In this document: piece after piece, positions 1-7,747 of the stretch
How the letters are laid out: the number at the start of each line of letters is the position of its first letter
Position numbering within the stretch: the first letter of the stretch is position 1
Origin: a virus
Taxonomy: Duplodnaviria; Caudoviricetes
IMG/VR virus record: IMGVR_UViG_3300037045_000353
Location: 1 to 34,519 of that record
Reading direction: 5' to 3' (one strand)
DNA: 34,519 nucleotides
Made by a program: the position numbers and the translations under genes
Notes under the pieces: generated by a model
The model's input: the letters and a program-made list of their open reading frames with translations, nothing else
Databases searched by the model: none
Told to the model about the DNA's origin: nothing

Positions 1-264
1 ATGGTCCTCCCCGATGATGACGTGATCGAGGCAAGCGATGCCCACGATATGACCGGCCTCGACGAGCCGCTCCGACACCTCGATATCTTCCCGGCTCGGG
101 GTCGCGTCCCCGCTCGGATGGTTATGGACGGCGATGAAACAAGCAGCCGACAGCTTGAGCGCCTCGCGGAACACGTCGCGCGGATGGACAATCGACGAAT
201 TGAGCCCACCAACGAATAACGTCTTGCGGGCGATGAGCTGGTTCTTCGTGTTCAAATACAGGCA
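1..264 (-). pseudogene. radC: 3' half of host radC (JAB/MPN-domain protein), interrupted by the prophage; continues off the left edge
   Basis: Minus frame reads [88 protein letters not shown], with the RadC signatures HNHPSG and LDHVIIG. Upstream the expected QEHFV is replaced by FR and an in-frame TAA (271-273), with an abrupt switch to AT-rich DNA. Confidence 0.93.
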
Positions 265-295
265 TCTAAATTAGATATAAATACTATAATTATAT
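255..295. other. Probable att junction (attL/attR)
   Basis: RadC similarity ends at ~264-270 and composition shifts. Palindrome ATCTAA-A-TTAGAT at 264-276. The exact crossover dinucleotide cannot be determined without the other end. Confidence 0.7.
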
Positions 296-461
296 TTGTT
301 TTGATTCAATATCTTCATATTGAAAGGCACCTGTTCTTGAAGTGGCGCGATAATCTCTTAAATAGAGGTTTTTCTTATGATATATATCATACATTTGTTT
401 AATGATATAGACACGTGACGACTCTCTCCTCGAGCATTATGCTCAATATGAGGTGATGATA

Positions 462-701
462 TTGGAGATTTTTAGATATAGTAAGCCATTCCGCCAAGCA
501 AGCGAAGAGGAACTAAACTGGATCTATACACGGCTCTCGACTGCGCTTGAGAGGCGAGATGTCATCTTCAGCATTGAAAAAATCCTGAAAGGTCGAGTCT
601 TATTGCATGTCAGCTGTGACGGCGACCTATGTTCCGTGTACTTCAATTTTATGACAGGGAGATTTTCACGACCGAAAGATTTACTAGTTCCTGAAAAATA
701 A
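462..701 (+). CDS. Hypothetical protein (~79 aa) next to att
   Basis: GAGGTG RBS at 450-455 fits TTG at 462 (alternatives 453/456). Ends at a hairpin shared with the lysis operon. Confidence 0.7.
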   Translation: MEIFRYSKPFRQASEEELNWIYTRLSTALERRDVIFSIEKILKGRVLLHVSCDGDLCSVYFNFMTGRFSRPKDLLVPEK

Positions 702-711
702 ATTGTCCAAT

Positions 712-740
712 AAAAAAAGCCCCACTCGCTTGAGTGGGGT
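712..740 (-). terminator. Intrinsic terminator ending the lysis operon (possibly bidirectional)
   Basis: Stem GCCCCACTC/GAGTGGGGT with 4-nt loop; A7 run at 712-718 is the U-tract on the minus strand. Confidence 0.85.
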
Positions 741-748
741 TGCTGTGT

Positions 749-1018
749 TCATTCCTTCGTGTAACCGTCCCTTGTTTTACCTGACTCATATAGACCGACC
801 GAGGCAAGTCCTGCGATCACACCTGCCCAAATACGGATATAAATGTCGACCGTTGTGAACGGGGCGGCGGCGATTCCGACCAAGATGCCAATAAAGATAG
901 CGACAAGTGGAATCATATTTTTCGGGATGCGGACCGTTTGTTTCGCTACTTCACTCAATCCGATGATGACTGGCGAAATCAATGTAACGAGCAATAGGAG
1001 TTCTTCTGGGAATTCCAT
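749..1018 (-). CDS. Holin, Hol118-like (3 TM)
   Basis: MEFPEELLLLVTL...IPLVAIFIGILVG...IWAGVIAGLASVGLYE resembles the Listeria A118 holin. Three hydrophobic segments and a charged tail. Confidence 0.88.
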   Translation of the reverse strand: MEFPEELLLLVTLISPVIIGLSEVAKQTVRIPKNMIPLVAIFIGILVGIAAAPFTTVDIYIRIWAGVIAGLASVGLYESGKTRDGYTKE

Positions 1019-1019
1019 G

Positions 1020-2033
1020 TTACACACGCTCCAATTCTACTTTTTTCTTCCCATCTTTGATCGCTTTCTCCGCTTCTTCTAATGCGTTTTTAGGATTGCC
1101 GTATGCGCCGACCTGCTCCCCGTCTACTTTGACGCGATAGACGTCCACCTTTGCCGCTTCCGGTTTGGCCGTCGGCTTAGGTGCTACCGGTTTCGGAGCC
1201 GCCGGTTTTGGCGGTTCAGGCTTTTTTACAGGTTCATAGTTGAAGTTCTTGCCGTACCCGCTCGGGATGTATTCCCCGTTAAACAATTGATACCATCCGT
1301 TCTTGATCGCATAAATGTGGAGCGCCTTGCCTTTTTTGATGACGTCGCCCGTCTGCGTGCCGAATTTTGGTTCTGCGTATGCATGGACGTCTTGGAGCAT
1401 CGTCGCCGTACCGATCTTAACGAGTGATGTCGGAGGCTTGACTGTCGCCGCTTCGGGAACATATTTGACCTTGTAATATTCACAGACCGCCATCGCAATC
1501 TCTTTCGCACATTCCTTCTGGAAGTTCTTGTTGAGCATGAGCAGAGCTTCCCGCTCATTGTCCATGAACCCGAGCTCGAACAAGACTGCAGGCAACTTGG
1601 TGTTTGCTGTGACATAGAGCTGTTGGAGCACAAGGCCACGGTTCACCTGTTTTGTTCCGGCGGCGAGATGTTTGAGCGCGATCTTCGCAAAGACCTCGCT
1701 CTGACCACGCGACGGGTCGATATGGGCTGAAAATCCTTCCGGGTTCTTGCCTTCGAATGTTCCGTCAAATGCATTGAAGTGAATCGATATGAACAAGTCT
1801 GCCTTTGCGTTGTTGGCAATCGACACACGTTGAGCGAGCGGTGTATCGGCATCCGTCGGAGCTGTCAGCACCGTTTTGAATCCGCATCGTTGCAATTCCG
1901 CCTTCAGATAGTTCACGACGGGCTCGTTGAATTCGTTCTCCCGAATCTCACGACCGAGCGATTTGATATACGGCGTCCGTTTGCCCGCCGTGTTTTTTCC
2001 ATGTCCGTCATCAAGTGCGACCAGTTTTGTCAT
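1020..2033 (-). CDS. Endolysin, N-acetylmuramoyl-L-alanine amidase (Amidase_3) with C-terminal cell-wall-binding modules
   Basis: ALDDGHG, E..FN, FISIHFNA and AVLFELGFMDN motifs, then an SH3-like segment, a P/K/A-rich linker and a SPOR-like YRV..QVGAY end. Confidence 0.95.
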   Translation of the reverse strand: MTKLVALDDGHGKNTAGKRTPYIKSLGREIRENEFNEPVVNYLKAELQRCGFKTVLTAPTDADTPLAQRVSIANNAKADLFISIHFNAFDGTFEGKNPEGFSAHIDPSRGQSEVFAKIALKHLAAGTKQVNRGLVLQQLYVTANTKLPAVLFELGFMDNEREALLMLNKNFQKECAKEIAMAVCEYYKVKYVPEAATVKPPTSLVKIGTATMLQDVHAYAEPKFGTQTGDVIKKGKALHIYAIKNGWYQLFNGEYIPSGYGKNFNYEPVKKPEPPKPAAPKPVAPKPTAKPEAAKVDVYRVKVDGEQVGAYGNPKNALEEAEKAIKDGKKKVELERV

Positions 2034-2048
2034 TATATTTCCTCCTTG

Positions 2049-2528
2049 TTATTGAAAATATTGATAGAGCGCGGTCAATACTGCCGCCGCTCCCGTCCAG
2101 ACGATGCCGGCCCACTTCCAAAAGCCGTCCCACTGTGAGCGCCGAGTCGTCTCCCGTTCCTTCTGCAAATCGGCAGCAGTCTCCCGATCGCTTTTCAGAA
2201 TCCCGAGCAATTCCTTGTTCTGGTCCGTGACGTGAGAGAGCACCGCTTGGGTCTCCCCCGATTTTGACGCAAAGTCTGTCCGGAGCGAGTTGATGTTCTG
2301 CGTCAGCCCGTCCACTTTGACGTTCGTCTCCGTCTGTGCCTTCCCGTGAAGCGTCAACTTGTCGCCAATCTCGTGCAAGAAGAGCCAGATGTTCTTGTCC
2401 TCTTCCATCAATTCCTTCTGTCCGCCTTCGAGCTTATTAATCCGCGGTGGCAGTTCTTCGAGCTTCCCAACCCTTTCTTCCAGTCGTCCCATGCGTTCAT
2501 GCATGTCCTTCACCTCCGATTCGTTCAA
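2049..2528 (-). CDS. Coiled-coil protein with C-terminal TM anchor (XhlA-like lysis accessory)
   Basis: Heptad-rich body plus GFWKWAGIVWTGAAAVLTALYQYFQ; directly upstream of the endolysin; AAGGGGG RBS. Confidence 0.65.
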   Translation of the reverse strand: MNESEVKDMHERMGRLEERVGKLEELPPRINKLEGGQKELMEEDKNIWLFLHEIGDKLTLHGKAQTETNVKVDGLTQNINSLRTDFASKSGETQAVLSHVTDQNKELLGILKSDRETAADLQKERETTRRSQWDGFWKWAGIVWTGAAAVLTALYQYFQ

Positions 2529-2590
2529 ATCAGATGACCCCCTTGTTACCTTGTTTTGCTGTGATTAGACTGCATTCGTAAGTGAATAGG

Positions 2591-2614
2591 AAAAGCGCCC
2601 CACGAGGAGCGCTT
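2591..2614 (-). terminator. Terminator-like hairpin after the tail appendage gene
   Basis: AAGCGCTCCTCGTGGGGCGCTTTT on the minus strand, immediately after TAA. Confidence 0.65.
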
Positions 2615-4931
2615 ACGTTAATTTAAAACCTTTAAAATCAACTTTATTTGAGAGCCCGGTGAAGACTTCAAGTCGGTGCAATCCCAAATCTAAGTCACCG
2701 ATATTCTTAATCAATGTGTTCAACGCTGTCGTGACGCCGTCAACTTTGACGTAAGTTAATGAAGCCGCATCCGACTTATAAGCCGTCAGATTTAACTTGC
2801 GATCAGAGTCCACGAAAATCCAAAACTCTCCAATCTTCAAGTCGTCAGCATTGGCTTTGGTGTAATTCGCGATCACTTTAAACCCATCAGAATCATTAGT
2901 TGTGTAAGAAGCTAAATCAGACGGAATGCCGTCGGTCACGCGTTGGCTTGAATAATCGAGTTTATCCGAGCCAGTTACAAGCTGCGTCAACGGCACGATG
3001 TGAGCAAACATCAATCCAGCTTCGTACTCATGACCGACATTCCCGAAGTGCAATCTGTCCGCGATAATGTCTTGCAATGAAAATGCGGAATATTTCATGA
3101 ATCGTTCTGTGAAATCGTTAACGTCGATGATTTCAAGGTTGTATTCTCGCGCGATGTCGTGTTTTACTTCGTTCGCGATCGTTTCAATGTGGTGAGAGGT
3201 TCGCATCGGATAAGCGGAATACGTCGTCCCGATTCCCGGTTCAACTGTTGCTTGTGTCGTGATTAAAAACGGCTGAATCTCATGATCATAGAGCCAGTTT
3301 ACCATCGAGATAATATTTGATTTGAAACCGTCTCGATACGCTTTTTCGTCTGGATATTGTAGACGGTCGTTGATGCCCCAACCGATTCCGACCATCTTGA
3401 CATCGTTATACGCTGATGCCCCCGCAAATTCCGCTTCGATGTTCGCGAGTCCCCAAATCGCTGTCATGCCGCTATGGCCGGCGTTATAGATTCTCATCGT
3501 GTTGTTATTGGTCAGATTTCGAATCTTATCTTGTAACTTCATAGAAAACGCGTTCGGCGGTTGATGGTCTACACCTGGCGTAAGGTTTTCAGTATGATTG
3601 GACGTTCCGACTCCGTCCACCGTGCTATTTCCCCAAAAAGCTACCGGGAATTTTTGACCGTCGAGCCAGTTGACCCACGCATCGTTGAACGTATAAATCG
3701 GTTTAGGGGGGAGGTCTAACGAATTGCGGTCGAATTTCACACCGAACGACTCGTAAGACGTCTTCGTGTCTCCTTTTTCAATTTGCGCGATAGGCAAGTC
3801 ACTGACTGCGCTTGCGAAACGAATATAATACGCTTCAGCTGGTACGACGAACGTATCAGCACCGTCAACGACAGAAATATAAGAACCTTCCGCCGTATAA
3901 TACGCGACACGTTTATAGCCATCGTTAGCCGTCAATGCGTATGTCGCATTTGGTTCCACAACGATTAAATCACTTGAAAAATATCCGGCAATGCTAAATA
4001 AAGAACCGTTGTTCGAATCGATATAAACATCGTTTGTAATCGATTCTTTATCAAAAATGTTCTTACTCTTTACGCCCTCAACAGCTGCAAAAGCGAGCTC
4101 TGTTTGAGTAATCGCTCCGGCTTGAATTCGATCCGCCGGAATAGTCCGCTCTCGAATGTACTGTTCATTTAAAAACACACCGTATTTTTCATACGGGGAC
4201 TTCGTTGATGCTTGTTCAAACTGAGCAGTAGATATATGGGACATGTGGTGTGCTATCCGTGCATAGTAAGCATTTGCCGGTGCGTTTGCGACAGTAACAT
4301 TAGTCTCAGAACTGATATATACTTTCTCCTGCGTGTAAAACGACATGCGTGGTTGGAGAGACAATGGTTGAATCGCATAAGGCAAACCGGCTGTGACAAC
4401 GATCCAATCCGAAACAAAATAGTCTTCTAAATCGAAAAGGATTCCCGTTTCCCCATTAATATATTTATTCAATGATGCGGTGGACTCGTTGAATAGGTTG
4501 CGAGAGCGCGAACCTACGACTGCGGGGAACGCGAGTTTCTTTTCGGTGATGCTATTATCTGCCGGCGTTACGTTGATGGGCGTTGTCCCGGCCATCTGTT
4601 GCAAAAACTCGTCCGCCATGTACGTTTGGTCGAGTTTGCCTTTGTTCTTGTCGATTTGATTGACGCTCAATCCCTTGATTCGACTATTCGAAATGTCTTC
4701 CGTACGAGCAGCCTCGACTTCTTCTTTTAATACGATGTTTTCGTTGTCTAAGCGTTGCTTCAATGTCGCATAAGTGTTCCCCTCAGAGTCAATGCGAGCT
4801 TGCGCCGCCTCCGGGGACGAATCCCCTTCCAAAACTAGAGTGTCAAGCTGCTCTTGCAACTGCGTGAAGTTGCTGTTGATTTTTCCCCTTACATCCGGTG
4901 ATATAAAATTTTCAATTTCTTCGATAGCCAT
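2613..4931 (-). CDS. Tail appendage / receptor-binding protein with tandem duplicated domains and an SGNH/GDSL hydrolase
   Basis: ATG 4931 with AAAGGGGG RBS. N-terminal EAAQARIDSEGNTYATLKQRLD anchor motif. SGNH blocks WGNSTVDG, NAGHSG, WGINDR and DRLH. Confidence 0.85.
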   Translation of the reverse strand: MAIEEIENFISPDVRGKINSNFTQLQEQLDTLVLEGDSSPEAAQARIDSEGNTYATLKQRLDNENIVLKEEVEAARTEDISNSRIKGLSVNQIDKNKGKLDQTYMADEFLQQMAGTTPINVTPADNSITEKKLAFPAVVGSRSRNLFNESTASLNKYINGETGILFDLEDYFVSDWIVVTAGLPYAIQPLSLQPRMSFYTQEKVYISSETNVTVANAPANAYYARIAHHMSHISTAQFEQASTKSPYEKYGVFLNEQYIRERTIPADRIQAGAITQTELAFAAVEGVKSKNIFDKESITNDVYIDSNNGSLFSIAGYFSSDLIVVEPNATYALTANDGYKRVAYYTAEGSYISVVDGADTFVVPAEAYYIRFASAVSDLPIAQIEKGDTKTSYESFGVKFDRNSLDLPPKPIYTFNDAWVNWLDGQKFPVAFWGNSTVDGVGTSNHTENLTPGVDHQPPNAFSMKLQDKIRNLTNNNTMRIYNAGHSGMTAIWGLANIEAEFAGASAYNDVKMVGIGWGINDRLQYPDEKAYRDGFKSNIISMVNWLYDHEIQPFLITTQATVEPGIGTTYSAYPMRTSHHIETIANEVKHDIAREYNLEIIDVNDFTERFMKYSAFSLQDIIADRLHFGNVGHEYEAGLMFAHIVPLTQLVTGSDKLDYSSQRVTDGIPSDLASYTTNDSDGFKVIANYTKANADDLKIGEFWIFVDSDRKLNLTAYKSDAASLTYVKVDGVTTALNTLIKNIGDLDLGLHRLEVFTGLSNKVDFKGFKLT

Positions 4932-4948
4932 TAAATGACCCCCTTTGT

Positions 4949-6907
4949 TTAATCTACTGTTGTGTAGGTACCGCGCCAATATTTGAACGTTCCGGCGGTA
5001 CCTGTCCCGACGACATATAACCAAAATCCGTCGGTCGTGATGTCTATCGCTGTGGCGGTCGTGTTACTTGATGTTCCTGTCAGTGTGATACTACTCGGTA
5101 CGTTGTAGCGCTTGTGTTGAAACTGGACATAAGTTCCCGCTACGACTCCAATCGTCCCTGCTGCATCAACGCCACCAATGCCACAATGTCCCGATTCGGG
5201 GCTTGATCGCCGACTCTCCTGGTCAAAACGTACGTCGCTTGTGAACTCAACATCGTTGAATGAACCGATTTCTAGGTTTCGAGTCAATGGGTTGTAGGTA
5301 ATAAAAGCCGTTTCATTGAAAATGATACTTTTTTCATCATCCTGCCAATCCTCGCCTAGATAAACGTTCCGCCCCACACTGATGTCTGTCTCGACATCGA
5401 TTGTTCCTGTCGAACGTAACGAGTCAGCGACGACCCCATCGGCATTGATGGCCGTATTAAACGACACGCCGCCGTCATCTGTGAACCGAATCCCCTGCTC
5501 GTTGATCAGCAAGAACTTGTCCGGATTAACAGAATCGACGCAATAAAGGCCACCCGCCCCCCAATAAAAGTTGGCGCTCCCGAGGATCGTCACGTTGTTC
5601 GCGTTGAGCTGGCCGGCCGTGATGATGTCCGCGACCAATCCTTCACCTGTCAAGGCGGTCTGGTATGTGACGCCGCCATCGTCCGATATACCGAGACCTG
5701 CAGCTGTAAGGACGACTCGGAGGAGCGGGTTCGTCTTGTCGATAGCTCGGATGCCGTTGATGAATTCGAGCTCTGTCTGTGCGCTTTGAATGGCTATCGT
5801 CGCGTCTTGCACCGCTTGAGGGAGGGCGTTGTTGACCAGACTTCCATCTGCATTGAACACCTTCTCCACGGTCTTTGACGTGCCACTGAATTGAGCAAGC
5901 GTGTCGGTGATGTCTTTTCGGATGTTCGCAAGCGTGACCTTCGTCCGTATGGGACGCATTTGCACGTCATATTCCGTCGCAATCTTCGTGATCCGTGTGT
6001 CGAGTACGAGGTTGTTCATCGGCTCATAGACCAAGATGACGGTGTCACCAAGTCCTGGCACGCTGTACGGATATCCGGCCGCTCTCAAGTCCACGAAATC
6101 GAGCTCGATGGACATGGCTGGGACGTCATTGACCGCCTGTTGCATGAGCGTGTTAAGTGTGCCGATCGTGGTCACTCGGTCGTCTCTGATAGGCTTTGCA
6201 TGGCGGATTCCATACAGGGCGACGTTTGGACTGAAATACTCTCCCGTTACAGCATAACCGCCTGTCGGATTGCCTGCCGAATCGGTGAGCGGTTTCCCGA
6301 ATCCCTTGACGTATGTCGTCAGATTACTTGTATCGATTTTCACGTTGATCGCCTTGATGTTGTGGCCGTAACGGAATTGAAAGTCCGTCTCGGTACCGAG
6401 TTGCTGTCGAAGGATGATTTGACTCCCGATAATCTCGAACTCCGCACCGTACCTCGTGAGAAGCGTCTGAAAGAGGGCGAGCGAGTTGTCGTCCCCGAAG
6501 TTGTCAAATTCCTGCGAGCCAAAGCTGTCTACGACCGAAAACGTGAAAGGTGTACCATCGAGAATCATATCCATGAGCAAGGACAATGATTTGGTGCCGC
6601 TCGTCGTTTCATAGACGTGGTTGTCGATGAGGTCGGCAAAAATCTTTCGGACCGCAACAAAGTTTTTCGCCGTGACGTTGCCGATGCCGGCGTCGCCCAA
6701 TTCCTTGACGACATAGTCGATTGATTCAAACGTAAGAATGGATTCTTCGAGCAAAGCGTCATGTCCCTCGATTTGGGACAAAAGAAAAGGGACGACACCC
6801 AAAATGTTGTCATCCCCGTTGAGCTCGACCTCGTGGGTAAAGCCCTGCACAGCGGCAAGGCGTCCGTCGTTGCCTAGTAGATTGGTTACGAGTAGCAATC
6901 TTGCCAC
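4949..6907 (-). CDS. Tail-associated hub/spike protein (Tal, prophage tail endopeptidase family)
   Basis: FQFRYGHNIKAINVKIDTSNLTTYVKGFG, LGDTVILVYEP and TALTGEGLVADIITAGQLNA motifs; follows Dit. Confidence 0.88.
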   Translation of the reverse strand: MARLLLVTNLLGNDGRLAAVQGFTHEVELNGDDNILGVVPFLLSQIEGHDALLEESILTFESIDYVVKELGDAGIGNVTAKNFVAVRKIFADLIDNHVYETTSGTKSLSLLMDMILDGTPFTFSVVDSFGSQEFDNFGDDNSLALFQTLLTRYGAEFEIIGSQIILRQQLGTETDFQFRYGHNIKAINVKIDTSNLTTYVKGFGKPLTDSAGNPTGGYAVTGEYFSPNVALYGIRHAKPIRDDRVTTIGTLNTLMQQAVNDVPAMSIELDFVDLRAAGYPYSVPGLGDTVILVYEPMNNLVLDTRITKIATEYDVQMRPIRTKVTLANIRKDITDTLAQFSGTSKTVEKVFNADGSLVNNALPQAVQDATIAIQSAQTELEFINGIRAIDKTNPLLRVVLTAAGLGISDDGGVTYQTALTGEGLVADIITAGQLNANNVTILGSANFYWGAGGLYCVDSVNPDKFLLINEQGIRFTDDGGVSFNTAINADGVVADSLRSTGTIDVETDISVGRNVYLGEDWQDDEKSIIFNETAFITYNPLTRNLEIGSFNDVEFTSDVRFDQESRRSSPESGHCGIGGVDAAGTIGVVAGTYVQFQHKRYNVPSSITLTGTSSNTTATAIDITTDGFWLYVVGTGTAGTFKYWRGTYTTVD

Positions 6908-6910
6908 CTC

Positions 6911-7747
6911 CTAGAGATAAGGGAACCTAAACTCGAAGCTGATGGTGAACGCTCCGGACGTTCCCGATAGTTGAATCTGATTGTCCCCGGGATCCAACGT
7001 CAAAATGGCGAGGTTCGTATCTCTCAAGATACTCGTCCCATTCTTTTTGGCGCTGATTCCCGAGATGACGAGGCTGTCGGTGGCAAGCGTAGAGCCGTTG
7101 TATTGCCATGTCTCGCCTGTCGTGAGGTTAGCTATGGTCAGACCCGTCGAAGCCCCAGAGAACCGGATAATCAAGTCCATCTGATAGGGATTCGAGAAGC
7201 GAGGATTGACCGGAACGTCTCCCCAGTTCGGTACCGTGAACGAGGTCGAATCGAACACGAAGTCCTCATCGCTCCACTCGATACCCGCTCCCCACGTCCA
7301 TCCCTCATCCTCCCAGACGCGAGGTTGCAAGGACGTCACGTAGCTCTCTGCGTAAGGTAGGAACACCGTCACGAACGTGAACGACGCCTCTCCCTTTGCC
7401 GAAGCATTGAACTGTGAAGCATCGATACTGCCCTCTAGCCGGACGAGGTACCGTTTGAATGTCTGTCGGCTGTCGTAGAGATAAAACGGCTCGAGGCGGT
7501 TGAGTTGCTTGATCAAACGGTCGCGGTAGTCGGGGAACGAGCTGGCGTCATACGCGAAAAAGTCGCCCGTGACGTCAATCGTGGTCGGGCCATGTACCGC
7601 TCCCATGTCGATGGTTCCGGGACGACCGATCGCCGACTCGAAGTTGTTTTCTACCGGTGACGAGTGCGGCACAAACTCCTTTATCCGGAAGCCGATTTCA
7701 TTCGATCGCCAGATGTCACCGTTGATCCGTTCGATTTTTAGATACAT
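6911..7747 (-). CDS. Distal tail protein (Dit)
   Basis: Lies between TMP and Tal; C-terminal LTLDPGDNQIQLSG...FEFRFPYL is typical; TGATG overlap with TMP. Confidence 0.88.
   Translation of the reverse strand: MYLKIERINGDIWRSNEIGFRIKEFVPHSSPVENNFESAIGRPGTIDMGAVHGPTTIDVTGDFFAYDASSFPDYRDRLIKQLNRLEPFYLYDSRQTFKRYLVRLEGSIDASQFNASAKGEASFTFVTVFLPYAESYVTSLQPRVWEDEGWTWGAGIEWSDEDFVFDSTSFTVPNWGDVPVNPRFSNPYQMDLIIRFSGASTGLTIANLTTGETWQYNGSTLATDSLVISGISAKKNGTSILRDTNLAILTLDPGDNQIQLSGTSGAFTISFEFRFPYL

Noticed and set aside
1-219. 72-aa plus-strand ORF in the track
   Set aside because: Antisense shadow of radC, whose signature motifs are on the minus strand.
1016-1027. Holin dual-start motif (GTG-TGT-AAC-ATG)
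   Set aside because: The only RBS (GGAG) is 1 nt from the GTG and suits only the ATG.
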